A stretch of DNA of 64,000 nt from NCBI RefSeq assembly GCF_009914755.1, contig NC_060944.1, one strand, 5' to 3'. This stretch comes from the human T2T-CHM13v2.0 reference genome, Homo sapiens. The stretch's first letter is position 1. The number at the start of each line of letters is the position of its first letter. The notes beneath the pieces were generated by a model. It was not told the DNA's origin. It did no database searches and worked only from the letters and a program-made list of their open reading frames with translations. Shown here one piece after another: positions 37,935-52,268 of the stretch. The position numbers were made by a program, and so were the translations under genes.

Positions 37935-38942
37935 TGTATTAGTTTCCTAGGGCTGCCATAACAAATTACCAAAAACTTGGTGGCTTTAAACAACAGAAGT
38001 TTATTCTCTCACGGTTCTAGAGTTTGTAAGTCTGAAATCAAGCTGTTAGCAAGGCCACACTCCCTCCAAGGCTGTAGGGGGGTATTTTTCCTTGTCTCTT
38101 CTAGTTTCTTTTTTCTGGTGAAAAGATACATATATTTAGAATTAGCCAGCCAGACTCAGTTTAGATGATCCCAATTTTGTTGGCAACATCCAAAGCATCA
38201 TAATCAGGACCCAGAAGAATATGTGCCTTCTTCTCTCTATCAGGCCTAACCAGGGTGTTGACCTTGGCCACATCAATGTCACAGAGCTTTTTCACAGCCT
38301 GTTTGATCTGGTGCTTGTTGGCTTTAACATCCACAATGAACACAGGTGTGCTGTTGTCTTCTGTCTTCTTCATGGGAGACTCAGTGGTCAGCAGAAACTT
38401 GATGATGACATAGTGGCCAAGCTTGTTTCTCCTGGGGGTGCTCTTTCGAGGATATTTGGGCTGCCTCTGAAGTCACAGTGTCTTGGTGGGCGGGGGTCGT
38501 GCAGATTTTCTTTATGTGTGTGTGTATGTGGCTGTGGACACCTTTCAGCACTGCCTTCTTGGCCTTCAAAGCCTTTGCTTTGGCCTTGGCTTTAGGAGGG
38601 ACGGAAGCTTCCTTCTTCATCTTTGGCACCATCTTGTGAAAAGCTCTCTTCTAGTTTCTGATGTCTCCAGGCATCCCTTGGCTTGTAGCTGCACAACTCC
38701 AATCTCTGCCTCCATCTTCACATGGTCCTCCCCTATGTCTGCTTCTGCTCTTCTTTTTATAAGCACATTTGTCATTGGATTTGGGGCCCACCTAGTTAAT
38801 CCAGGATGGTTTAATCTTGAGATTCTTCACTTAATTTACACCAACAAAGACTCTTTTTCCAAATAAGATCACATTCACACTCACACGTATCTGAAGTTGG
38901 AACTTGGACATGTTTTTCATGGCCACGATGCAACCCATTACA
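37935..38942 (-). mobile_element. MLT1C LTR, host of the RPL23A retrocopy
   Basis: 'TGTATTAGTTTCCTAGGGCTGCCATAACAAATTACC' ... 'CAACCCATTACA'; colinear once 38110-38659 is removed. Confidence 0.85.
38110..38644 (-). pseudogene. RPL23A: RPL23A processed pseudogene (disabled CDS 38632-38161)
   Basis: ORF pieces '[35 protein letters not shown]' and '[41 protein letters not shown]...DVANKIGII' in different frames; intronless; short A-tail; perfect 15-bp TSD TCTCTTCTAGTTTCT (38095-109, 38645-59). Confidence 0.97.
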
Positions 38943-39646
38943 ATGTCTAACTACCAATATTAAGATTCTATTCATTCAACACACATTTTTAAAATATCTA
39001 TTATGTTCCAGGCACCAAATGGTGAGGATGCAAATATCAGCATGATGTGGCCACTGTCCTTCCTTAGCCAGATGACAACTTATCAAAGGTTTTTATCCTA
39101 ATCCTTCTGTAATAAAATATATTTTAAATTCACATAAAAGGATATCTTATCTACTCTGAATCCCTTCGTATTAATTTTTCCATAAATTCTAAAGAACACT
39201 CTTCATTGTTACTTTTTCAATTGTCCTATTATTCATTTTTCAGATGTTATTAGCTCGAGGTCATTTCTTTCAAAAAATTTCATGATGTGAAACCATTTTA
39301 ATTAGTTTCAACATATTTTCTTTCACCACAAGTCAAAGTACAGGAGCAGTAAACTTAGCAAGAACCCATTCATCCCTGTACCATTTTGTCATTAAGGTAA
39401 CATCAATATCCCTCCGGCTGAGGTTAGCCATATCTTATCATGGCCTGGTTTCTTTGGAAAGCAGAGCCTGAGAACATATAGGTAGTTTATTTGGGAAATA
39501 ATTCCAGGAAGCAGGAGTGTCAGATGGGGGCGGTTTGGAGGGGAACAGGGGATCAGGGAATCAAGAGGGAGAAACTAAACAGGAATACATTGCCAATTGA
39601 GCCCTCACAATGCAGTAACTGGTTTTTGCCCCCGTAAGACTTTCTG

Positions 39647-39918
39647 ATTTTTTTTTTTTTTTGAGATGGAGTCTCACTCTGTTTCCCAGGCTGGAGTACA
39701 GTCACTGCAACCTCCGCCTCCCCAGTTCAAGCAATTCTCTTGCCTCAGCCTCCCGAGTAGCTGGGACGACTGGTGTGTGCCAGCTAATTTTTGCGTTTTT
39801 AGTAGAGATGGGGTTTCACCATGTTGATCAGGCTGGTCTCGAACTCCTGACCTCGTGATCCAACAGCCTCAGCCTCCCAAAGTGCTGGGATTACAGGCGT
39901 GAGCCACTTCGCCTGGCC
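39647..39918 (-). mobile_element. Alu (AluSg/Sc-like, with small internal deletions)
   Basis: Poly(T) head, 'GAACTCCTGACCTCGTGATCC'. Confidence 0.92.
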
Positions 39919-40046
39919 TACTCCCTTACTTTCTTAGTAAACTTGCTTTCACTTTACTCTGTCATCTCACTTTTGATTTCCTTCCTGCATGAAGGCAAGA
40001 ACCCATGTGACCTCCCAGGCTGCACCCCCTTGAGGTTCACCCTGTG

Positions 40047-40740
<694 letters not shown>

Positions 40741-40907
40741 GTACAACACATAGGGAGTGCTCACTGAACACTGACGATTGTTATTCTCGAGGTGTGGAAG
40801 CTGTGTCATAGACCACAATCATCACAACCACCCCTGGAACAAACACCTCTGCTGTGTTAACTTTTGAATTAAAAAAGTAAATCTTAATTAAAAAAAAAGA
40901 ATTTTCA

Positions 40908-41200
40908 GGCCAGGCACAGTGGCTCATGCCTGTAATCCCAGTACTTTGGGAGGCCTAGGCGGGCAGATCACCTGAGGTCAGGAGTTTGAGACCAGCCTGG
41001 TCAACATGGTGAAATCCCGTCTCTACTAAAAATACAAAAAATTAGCTGGGTGTGGTGGTGCGTGCCTGTAATCCCTGCTACTTTGGGGGCTAAGATAGGA
41101 GAATCACTTGAACCGGGAGATAGAGGTTGCAGTGAGCCGAGATCGCGCCACTGTACTCTAGCCTGGGTGACAGAGTGAGACTCCGTCTCAAGAAAAACAA
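40908..41200 (+). mobile_element. Alu (AluSx-like)
   Basis: Full dimer, 'GGCAGATCACCTGAGGTCAGGAGTTTGAGACC'. Confidence 0.95.
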
Positions 41201-41224
41201 AATTCAGAGCAGAAGATTTGGAAA

Positions 41225-41808
41225 TGTTACAGATCACAAGCTCTTTGGTTTCCCATGTAATAAAAATTAATACGGGGCCAGGTAGTTTTCCCAGTCAAGG
41301 TTTTTATTTTGGAGCTTGTGCTCAAGCTCAAGGAAGACAGTGGAGGTACAAGGACTCCCTGAAAAAGCTGGTTGGGGCTTTTTTATTAGGCAAAGCACGG
41401 GAATTAACATCAGGTGTAGGGTATGCAGGCTGGGTTGGGCAAAGCATGTGAGGGGTAGATTATTCAGTTAGCATATCTGGTTGCAATGTTTATCTTGAGT
41501 AATGGACCACCTGGTGGTCTGGCTGGCAGCAACAAAGCTGCAAATCAATTGTTCAGCATTCCTTCCCAAGGTGGGACAGTCCACAATATTTAGATTTCCT
41601 AAGCCAGTTTCTGGAATTCTTTACGTAAAAGGCATGGTTACATGTTATGAAAGCGCGGAAGAACGGCTGTTTTCTTTGTGTGACTAAAGCCTTGGGATTC
41701 GTGGGCATATCACCAGCGAGTGGTGTGGGTTTTGTGATCAGTGGAACTAGAGAAAAAGAAAAAAAAATATGTGAAGGAGGAGCTGCATCCCATTCCTATT
41801 CTATCTCA
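41225..41808 (-). mobile_element. ERV1 solo LTR (MER67-like)
   Basis: TG...CA termini, perfect 4-bp TSD GAAA (41221-24, 41809-12), antisense AATAAA; subfamily name from memory only. Confidence 0.7.
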
Positions 41809-42989
41809 GAAATAAGTTAAAGCAGTACCAGCTCAAGTTAACTTCCTTTGACAAAATGTGGGAAGCAACTATATTCTACCAATGCTTAAAACAAAAAATA
41901 AAAACAATTATTTTTTCAGGGTGTCTAAATTAAGGCATTGAACTGAGGAAGTTTGGATTACCTACAAGTACAATAAACAGTTCTTGTACTTGAGGAGTTA
42001 AAATTCTAGGCAGGGAGAAATGACATTAACATGGCACTAAGCAGAATGAAGGATAAATAAGGGGTAAAAGAGTAAGTGAAGCACTATTGCAAGGCAGCTC
42101 TTGAGTACATTAATAAATGAATTCTATAAACAGTAAATGCCAATGAATAATGACTCCAGGTTTGGGAAATTAAGAAAGTGTTTACAGGAAGTTTCAGTAC
42201 CAAGGTTGATTGGATTGAAACCTTTGTCAGGACAGCAAGAGGACATTGAAAGAAGCAGAAGTACGGGAGCAAAAATTTAAAGACAGGAAAGACAACGTGT
42301 GGTCCTGGGACGATTAGTTCACCCTTACTAGTGTTTTGGGTTTAAAACGAGCAACACAAAGCTAGTAATAGCAATATCCAAATTCCAAAGAATCTCATGT
42401 TTATTCATGATCTTTTCACTATGAGTAGACTGTGTTGATCTGTTAACGAGTTTATTGTTTCAAAGGAGGAAAACATATTGAGGTCAGTTACAGAAATGGA
42501 ATATTTGAAGTCGATGAATTCAAGGAAATATATTCAGGTCACCAATACCTTGTGCAGAAATAGATAAAAAGAAGAGGGTAAAAGTGCAAATTATTTACAT
42601 TCTTGAAACCACAAAAGTGAACTGAGCCAAGAACACAGCTGGAATGTGACCCAGTGGGGTAGGGAGTCCCACAGAGCCTGAACACAAGCCCACTTAGGCT
42701 TCCTTGGTTAAGACCTGAACTTCCCCATCTGATAATGGGAAAAAACACATCCAAAGGAAGTAAATAGTAATTACATGTGGAGCTAGTGGTTGTCTTTCTA
42801 GTTCCACCTTGGGATTGAGGTTACAAAAGATAATGTAGAGAGAAAACATTCTAAAGTTATTTATAATAGAGTTAAATTGAACTTAATTAAATGTTTGTTT
42901 GAGAGTTTATGGGCCCGAGTGGATTTCTCTCCCTGACCTTGGTCAAAGTCAGTCTATAATAAATCAAGTGTAGCATATCTACATGGTAG

Positions 42990-43301
<312 letters not shown>

Positions 43302-43714
43302 AGCAGTGCATATTCTATTGGTATTGTTACCTGAAGGAAGCTGGGAAATGGCAGGCTTATTCTTCTCTCCTTAGGATTATAGCCACTCCAACAGCCAGTG
43401 CACCCATAGAGAGCAGTGGGAAAAGCACAAAAGTCAATAGGAATGGCTAATCATTTCATTTAGCCTTTACAACACCAAGAGATAAGAAGAATAGACTTTA
43501 TTGTTCCTATTTTACAGATGAGAAAACTGAGCTCCAGAAAGATTAAACAGTTTTAATAGTGATATCTCTTTTTAAAATCAAAGCATATAGGTGCTTTGAT
43601 GCAAAACACAATGATATGAGCATTTCATAAATTAACATTTTTTCTATCTAGTTGATGAATATTTTCTTCTCTCTTTTTTAAAGGGTTTAAACATTTTCTT
43701 TTGAGGTTTGTTTT

Positions 43715-44005
43715 TTACTATTTTTGAGACAAGGTCTTGCTCTGTCACCCAGGCTGGGGTGCAGTGACGGCCATCTTGGCTCACTGAAGCCTTGACTTTC
43801 TGGGCTCAAGCGATCCTCCCAACTTAGCCTTCAGAGTAGGTGGGACTGCAGGCTCATGCCACCACACCCAACTATTTTTTTTTTTTTAATTCATTTTATA
43901 GAGACAAGGTCTCACTGGGCTGGTTTCAAACCAGCTTAGATTCAAGCAATCCTCCCACTTTGGCCTACCAAAGTGCTGAGATTACGGCATGAGCTACTGC
44001 ACCAA
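43715..44005 (-). mobile_element. Alu (AluJ)
   Basis: 'GAGACAAGGTCTTGCTCTGTCACCCAGGCTGG...GGGCTCAAGCGATCCTCCC'. Confidence 0.88.
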
Positions 44006-45419
44006 GTCCCATAAATATTTTCTATGACGCTTGCTAAGGCTTTTTTCCTGTATATGGTGTGTTTAGGACTTGAACAAAGAGGTTTAATTCATTTCTCAGA
44101 AAGCTCAACACTTTTTTCACTCCTTCAAGTAATGTTTCATTTTGCTTTGTTTGATCAATAGTTCTTTTCTCATTTCTAATTTAATAAAGCACAACTCTTC
44201 TTCCCAGACAATGGAAAGCCTGAATCAACAATAACAATTTTTGTGGGCAGATTCCATGGGGAGGGATACAAAGTATCAAACTGCTATGTGAAGAATTGAA
44301 TTTTATAACATTCTGGGAATCTGTGAAGGAAAAAATAAAGCCAACACAGGGTTTCTTGGCCATAAATTGTAAACATAGTGTTCTATAGTTGGGTGCCATT
44401 CTAACGGAGGCAGCCCTGGTACAGATGACAGTGTTACTAACAACTCTAATGGAAAACTTGCATTTGAGTCTCATCTCTACTGCTTACTAGGCATGTGGTG
44501 ATAGATGGGACACTACACCTTAGTTGCATTTTCAACAAAATGAAGATAATAATACCTCCTTGAGATATTGCTAAAACTATATATAACACAACATCGCAAT
44601 ATCCACAGAGTCATCATCTCCTGACCACCAGCACCATAATCAGCAACATCTCATAATAAATCACAGGAGTGGTTATTAGGGAAAAAAGAGAAAAAGCCTA
44701 TATCTTAATAATAATATACTAGTCATTCTAGATATTTGATCCTCTTTTATTTCCATCCAATTTCCAATTGACTCATTTACATTTATTTCACAACACTAAA
44801 AAGGAACTATTGAATGTTTGTTGGAAAGGCCTTTGGATTGCAAGTTAGTGATAGCCATTTCATTGTAAAGCAGAAACACAAAGGTTTATAGAACCTATGT
44901 GTAGTTTATATAGTCTTTTATGCTTCCACTGTATAAAAGAGTGATCAATATAAAATAGAACCATAGAAGCAATGGACTGTAGATAGAAGTTTGGAAAGCA
45001 AATAACTTGAACAAATTGGTTTTGGTGAAAAATAATGTACTCTGATTATCCTAACCCCAAAGTACACATCATCCCTAGAGTGCCACATGACCATCCTGGG
45101 CATTTCTTTTAGAATAATATAAGTGCCTAAGAAGCCTCAGGAACTTGGAATAAAATCAATTAGTATTTGCTGTAATTTCCATAGCATGTGTGACCCTTGG
45201 GTTGAAGAGTTAAAAAGAAATGTATGAAGCCTAGCCAAGAAGTCTACAGTGGAGGAAAAAGTATTTGTCACAATTTTACTCCAGAAATTCTGTTCTTGAA
45301 TGGGAATGTAGACAAGAATGAAGAAATTCATTGAATGAAAATACTAATTTATATCCGTGGCACTTAGTCAACTAATTTGTTTCAGGCTTTTAATAGTTGA
45401 AAATGTTGGACCAGCATTT

Positions 45420-45555
45420 ATTTACTTTTGTTTTTTAGAGATGAGGTCTCACTATGTTGCCCAGGCTGTGCTCAAACTCCTAGGCTCAAGTGATCCTTCT
45501 GCCTCAGCCTCCCAAAGTGCTGGGATTATAGACGTGAGCCACTGGTGCCTGGCCT
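45420..45555 (-). mobile_element. FLAM_C monomer
   Basis: Single Alu left arm; TSD ACCAGCATTT/ATCAGCATTT. Confidence 0.85.
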
Positions 45556-46089
45556 AGATCAGCATTTCTAGAGTCCAACAGGAGTGTTAGTGTTTTAAAG
45601 AAGAACGTACCTTAATGGTTTTCAAATTCTTCAGGCAGCAAGTCTGGAAATCATGATGCTTTTTGTGGAATCTCATGAAATACTAATATATTTAACTCAT
45701 ATTGTGGCAGACTGGCTCCATGCTCATTACTCTTGTTTCTTTTCCTGGCACATGTGACAGCTCCACTTTCCAGCCTCCCTTGACCTTCAGTTGGAGCCAT
45801 TTGACTGGAGTATGACCAATGGAGTATATATAGAGGTGCTGCTGACTGGACACATGACCAGATGCACCATCTCTTTTCCCCTTCTGTGGCAACCACAGAG
45901 GCCACACATTACAGAGCATAACATGAAGGAAGCACAGAAGCCTGAGTCGCTGCTTGAAGGAGAAACTCCCAGGGGGCCAAATAACCAGAAAATTCTACCT
46001 TGGATTTTGCTTAAATAAGAAATAAATCTTTATTGTGTTAATCCACTGAAATTTGGAGACGATTTATTACAGCATTTAGTGTTACTTAC

Positions 46090-46778
46090 TGTGATGGTTA
46101 ATTTTAGGTGTCAATTTGCCTGGATTAAAGAATACCTAGAAACCTGGTAAGGCATTTGTATTAGTTCATTCTCACACTGCTATAAAGATACTATCTTAGA
46201 CTGGGTAATTTATTAAGAAAGGAGGTTTAAATGACTCACAGTTCTGCATGGCTGGGAAGGCCTCGGGAAAGTTACAATCATGGCGAAAGGCGAAGGGGAA
46301 GCAGGCACGTCTTACATGGTGGCAGGAGAGAGGGAAGAAGGGGGAAGTACCAGAAATTTATCAAACAACCAGATCTCGTGAGAACTCACTCACTACCACG
46401 AGAACAACATGGGGAAAACCACCCCCATGATCCAGTCATCTCCCACCAGGTCCCTCCCTCGACATGTGAGGTTTACAATTTGGATTACAATTTGAGATGA
46501 GATTTGGGTGGGCACCTAGCCAAACCATATCAGCATTGTTTCAGGATGCATCTGTGAGGATGTTTCCAGAAGAGATTAGCATGTGAGTCTGGATGAACTA
46601 GGTGGGGAAAGTGGTCTGGCATCATCCAATCTGCTGGGGGACGCCCCAGAGAACAAAAGCAGAAAAAAGGTGAATGTATCAACCTATCTGCTGGAGCTAG
46701 GATACACTCTTCCTCTCTTGTCCTTCAACAACATATATATATCTTCTTGACTCTGTCTCTCTGAAGAACTCTGATACA
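46090..46778 (+). mobile_element. MLT2 (ERVL) solo LTR
   Basis: Start 'TGTGATGGTTAATTTTAGGTGTCAA', end 'GAACTCTGATACA'; perfect 5-bp TSD CTTAC (46085-89, 46779-83). Confidence 0.88.
46157..46532 (-). mobile_element. THE1 (C/D-like) solo LTR
   Basis: 'TGTATTAGTTCATTCTCACACTGCTATAAAG...GCCAAACCATATCA'; perfect 5-bp TSD GCATT (46152-56, 46533-37). Confidence 0.9.
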
Positions 46779-46792
46779 CTTACTCTAACTCA

Positions 46793-47003
46793 GTGTTGTC
46801 AAATATAGCTTGAATATAGGCCTTCTGATATTGTAAATAAAGTTTTATGGCAACACTACCATGCCTGTTTGTCTGTGTATTTTCTATGGCTGCTTTTGCA
46901 CTACAGTGACAGGGTTGAGTAGTTGCAGCAGAGATCTCATGGCACACAAAGCCTACAGTGTGTACCATGTGGCCTTTTAGGAAAAAATTTGCTTATCTCT
47001 GCT
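46793..47003. mobile_element. MER58A MITE
   Basis: 'TTGTAAATAAAGTTTTATGGCAACAC...GGCTGCTTTTGCACTACAGTG...GAAAAAATTTGC'. Confidence 0.75.
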
Positions 47004-47291
47004 CTAATTAATATACCTATGAATGGTAATTTAGCTCCAAATTTTATATTTGGTTGTTTAAAATTTGTTTACATATTAATAAAATGTTGACTTAAATTAA
47101 TAATTAGCATATTCTTACAATTTGCAAAAAAGAAAACTCTGACCATAGCACATGGTGGCAAGGCTATGAAACAATAGGGACCCCTATAGGCCACTATGGG
47201 TAAATTACATATAAATTAAAACAACTTTGTAAAATAAGCAATATCTTAAATGGATAAGTTATGGCATAGTTATAAAATGGGATACTGTACA

Positions 47292-47597
<306 letters not shown>

Positions 47598-47840
47598 GGA
47601 ATACTAGAATACTATACAGTAGTTAAAAAAAATGACCCACAGTTATATGCATCAACAGAAATAAATCTCACAAATATATGTTGACAAAATACAGCAAGTT
47701 GAAGAAAATTTCATACAATATATTACCTTTTAGGTAAAGTTTTAAAAGATGCATAAAATTCTGCATAATTTCTTAGGGATACAGTCATGTTTGAAGATAA
47801 TTGCAGGGTAATATCAATCACCAAATTTAAGATAGTGGTT

Positions 47841-48280
47841 CCCAACCAAAATGCCCATGAATGATAGACTGGATAAAGAAAATGTAGCACATAGACACCA
47901 TGGAATACTATACAGTCATAAAAAAAGATGAGTTCATGCCCTTTGCAGGGACATGGATGAAGCTGGAAACAATCATTCTCAGCAAACTAACACAGGAACA
48001 GAAAACCAAACAACCGCATGTTCTCACTCATAAATGGGAGTTGAACAATGAGAACATATGGACACAGGGAGGGGAACATCACACACTAGGGCCTGTCAGG
48101 GGGTGGGGGGTAGGGGAGGGATAGTATTAGGAGAAATACCTAATGTAGATGACGGGTTGATGGGTGTAGCAAACCACCATGGCACGTGTATACCTATGTA
48201 ACAAACCTGCACGTTCTGTACATGTATCCCAGAACTTAAAGTACAATTTAAAAAAAGAATAAATAAATAAATAAATAAAT
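47841..48280 (+). mobile_element. 5'-truncated L1PA (L1PA7-like) 3' end
   Basis: ORF2 C-terminus 'MEYYTVIKKDEFMPFAGTWMKLETIILSKLTQEQK', G-rich 3'UTR, A-tail; TSD AAGATAGTGGTT/AAGACAGTGGTT. Confidence 0.92.
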
Positions 48281-50119
48281 AAGACAGTGGTTTCTCCAAA
48301 GGGAGGGAGTTGTAACTGGGGGAGAGAATACAAGAGTTTCAAATGTAAAGGTTAAATTCTACTTCTGAAGCTGGGTAGTGGGTACATGTTATATTATCCC
48401 TGTGCTATTCTTTATACTTTTTTGATTGTTTTTAAATGTCACCATAAATTTTATTTTATTAAAAAATAACATTTAGTACAATATAAATTGCTTTAAGTTT
48501 ATAAAACAGAAATGTTCAATTAAATCAAACACTCGCTTGGTGGATTTGTTATCATGAGTAGACCATGAGCTCATCCAACTTTTAAAAACGAAAATACAAA
48601 TGGAATTATTTGCATTCAACGGAAGGTGCTGCTATTTGGACCTTAGATTAACTCAGTCTATAAATAACCTCGAAAAAATAATAAACAACAGTCTTGAGAT
48701 CTTATGCATTGATTCATAGTAGAGGTTATTTTGTAAAAAGGCTAAGATAACTTTGCCATAACCTAACTGTATACTCATACTACAAAAATAATTCAGTTGG
48801 CTTAGGTTCAAAATCCAGCCACAGTGTCGCTATTGTGCTGAAAGGTCTTTGCTTGTTGTTATTTCTCACTACTTCTGAAATCCATTACAACCCTTTGGTT
48901 ATCTTCAGTGCTGTTGGTTCTGTCTAATTATTCCCTAGAGATAGACTAGAAAACACAGATATGAAAGTAAGGCTTGAGATTTTAATGACAGCAGGTTGGA
49001 GGTGGGCAGTGAAAGTGACTGACAAGTAGATGATCTTTCTGCATAGACTCTATGCCAAATAAGAAGGTCTACAGTCATAAACATTTATATATTGACAACT
49101 TTGGATATAATAATTCTAATAATAGCTTTATAGAGTTTTACAGAAACAGTAATTAATAGATCTTGATATTTCACTTCCTGCTGATGTCTTAGACCTGATT
49201 TTAACAGAACCTAAAAATAGTTTCTAATCTGAATTCATTAAATACACTCACACTTAATAGGAAAAGAACACTGAATAACACATTCAAGTGTCAGGATTTA
49301 AAAACTCAAGCCAAAAACCATTTGGTTAATCAGGACTTCTCTATTTATTTGTTTATTTATTCTCTATTTCCTAATCATTTAATATCTGACCCACAACACA
49401 AATGCAATGCAAAGAAGGCTCCTTAAATGGATTTTTATATAGATCTCAGAATTGCTTCTAATGGCAAAAATGGAAGACAGAACAAATGCAAACCTCCTTT
49501 CCCTGCTGCTTCTAAAATTCTGTTTTGGAGAAAGCATGTATTTTAGTAAAGCATAGGAAAGAGCTTGATTTCTTCCTTTGTGACAAATAAAATGGAATAA
49601 ATACACATTTCTTCCTAACACCTTTTATATTCAAAGGATAAGCAGACTTCTAGAGGAACAAAATGATGTTATTAAATGAAATGCAAATGTTGAAAGAGTA
49701 TATGCATTATATATCTTAGTGCAAAGCCTTCCGATGCTTGTCAGATCAATTCTGCAACCTCATTACACACTTACACATTTAGGGGATTTCTGCTTTAAAT
49801 ATTCTCACAGTTTTCAAACATTTTCAGCACCTTAGCAGGAAACTCAGAGGCCACTGAACCTGCTAAGGATAAACTTAATACTGGTTGATGCCGGAGCCCA
49901 GGTGAAGTCCTGTGCTCCAGAGAGCCTTTAAGAAGATGGTAGTTTATTAAAGTTATCAGACCTGGGGGAAGATGACAGTAATTGGGGGAGAAGATAATTC
50001 TTGCAGTTTGAAAGGAACAATCATTTCTTATCTTTGATGTTACAAACTCAGAGGTAATAAGGCAAGATTCATCTTTGCCAAGTTGACCACCAACCCTGAG
50101 TCACTAAGACCATGAGCCC

Positions 50120-50981
50120 TGTTAAAGATAAAAACCAACAAGTAAGGAAATTGATGTTATTCAGACTATCAAAACTAGGAGAAAACCCCACAGTGTCTTG
50201 GCAAGGTAGTTTGCCTTACACATTTTTTTTTTTCAGACAGAGTCTCACTCTGTTGCCCAGGCTGGCAGTGGCATGATCTCAGCTTACTGCAACCTCCGCC
50301 TCCCAAGTTCAAGCGATTCTCCTGCCTCAGCCTCCTGCGTAGCTAGGACTACAGGCGCGTGCCACCAAGCCCAGCTAGTTTTTTATATTTTTAGTAGAGA
50401 CAGGATTTCACTGCGTTAGCCAGGATGGCCTCAATCTCCTGACCTCATGATCATCCTGCCTCGGCCTCCCAAAGTGCTGGGATTACAGGTGTGAGCCACC
50501 ATGCCCGGCCTGCCTTACACTTTCATAGGGAGGTGTAGACACGTTATAAATGGGGTGATTTACAGTTAGGTTATTTTGCAATTAGGAAAATTCTCTGTTA
50601 GCCGAAAAGAAAATGTTTATCTCTATGTCTAGCTATATTCAAGGGTACAGGTAGTTCTAATCTCAGATAATCATTCATGAGACAAACAAAAGAGAGGTGG
50701 AGGGTCTGTCTCTGGCCTTTGAGCAGGTTCAAGCCAAAGAAGAAAGGTCTATATTTGGCCTTGTCACAGGTGAACAATGGAGGCCTCCATGCAAGTGTGA
50801 CAGGAGTCATCAGAAAGTGGACAGCCAATCTGACCTAACTCTATGAGGGAGGATGGCTCTTTGCCATAAACCTTTTCCTGGAACAAAAAAGAGTTGGGGG
50901 GGATTTTGGATGACAAAATGTTGTGAGGATTTCTTAACTGTGCTGTTTTATGGGAGCACAGGGCTCAGGTCAAGTTCAACA
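50120..50981 (-). mobile_element. ERV1 LTR (MER90-like) interrupted by an Alu
   Basis: Minus-strand start 'TGTTGAACTTGACCTGAGCCCTGTGCTCC'; TG...CA termini. Confidence 0.6.
50223..50510 (-). mobile_element. Alu (AluSc-like)
   Basis: Antisense dimer; TSD TGCCTTACAC (50212-21, 50511-20). Confidence 0.95.
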
Positions 50982-51404
50982 ATGTCAACTCATTTACTCA
51001 TCTGCTTATCCATCTACACCAAATTGCCCACCTTACCTGGGAACAAAACTAGTTCTCTATTGTCACATTCAATCTTGTCTAATCAACCTTGTCTGATCAG
51101 CAGCAACATATCAGAATTACCAAAAGTCAATACTGAAAAGGCCAGACTTCCAATGTTAGTCAGCATTTATTTATACCAAGGTAAGCTCCTAAAATTTATA
51201 CATAAATTAAATGCTTATAGAATAATTTGGAGGTCTCATGGAATAATGATTACAAGTCTGTGCTCTGCTGTCAGTCTTTCTCTGAATTTGCTCTTTGCAG
51301 AACTTTCTATGTCCCTGTTTCCTCATCTCTAAAGTGAGGATATTGCTCTCCCATCCTTACATGGTCATAATGAGGATTAATTTTGATAATGTGTCTAAAA
51401 CGGC

Positions 51405-51570
51405 ACTTGTCAAACTTTAATGTGTTTCAGAACCCCATTGGCATCTGGTTAAACTGAAGTTTCTGAGTCCACCTGTCTGGGGTGAGGCGTGAGGCTATGC
51501 ATTTCTAGCAAGCTCCCAGTTGATGGCTATGCTGCTAATGTCCAGACCACACTTTGAATAGCAAGAATCT
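51405..51570. mobile_element. MER5A1-like MITE within a MIR remnant
   Basis: 'TGCATTTCTAGCAAGCTCCCAG...CAGACCACACTTTGAATAGCA'. Confidence 0.6.
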
Positions 51571-52268
51571 AAAGCCTCAATCACACTGCCTAGCACACAG
51601 CCAGTGGTTAATCAATAGGTGTTATTGGTATTAGATTATACACCTGTGCATAAAATGAGGCCAATAAAGCCTTCTGTAAGGTACATACACCCTGTGTCTT
51701 TGCCTTATGTGTGGCCATACATGTGATTACAAAGTAATGAGACATACAAACTGCATGTGAAAGTCACCCTGATTTTGCTGTCTCAAGTTCTGCTCAGTGT
51801 TACACTCTGCTAGAATTGAGTATACTTTCTCAGCTAACTCTTCAATGCCTCACTAATTAACTTTTAGTCTGAACATTACTCATTAAATTGTGAGCCCCTT
51901 AAACTGCTCTCTGAAAGTTCAGAAATGATCAAATCAATACACCTGGTGTTACAAAAGAAGATTGGTCAAGGAGGAACAAGAAAGGCTATCGAGTGCTGTG
52001 AAACTCACAGAACAGTGAGCCAGGCATTTCTCTTCTGAAACTCAGAGCTTACTTTCAAAGTGGGATGACTTAAAAGGTAAAGAGAGGCTCATAGTTCAAC
52101 TGAGAGGATCTCTATGGATATAAGACAGAGGGACAACTTCAAATATCTAAACTGAAAAATTACATGACTGTGCATGGAGATGTGTTTTAAAAAGCCCTGT
52201 GGAATTCACATGCACTGCTGGTGGGAGTATAAATTGGTACAACCACTTTGGAAAACTCTTTGGTAGTA

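Larger units (their letters stand above)
45702..46792 (+). mobile_element. Old MLT1 (I/J-like) LTR, outer layer of a triple LTR nest
   Basis: 'GAAATAAATCTTTATTGTGTTAATCCACTGAAATTTGG...TTACAGCA'; terminal bases resume after 46783. Confidence 0.65.

Noticed and set aside
46157-46640. DUX4 sites in THE1/MLT2 LTRs
   Set aside because: The expected positions read TGATCCAGTCA and CATCCAATCT, which are degenerate relative to TAAYYBAATCA.
50853-51332. 159-aa plus-strand ORF
   Set aside because: It spans an LTR end, unique sequence and a MIR remnant, with no recognisable homology or splice context.
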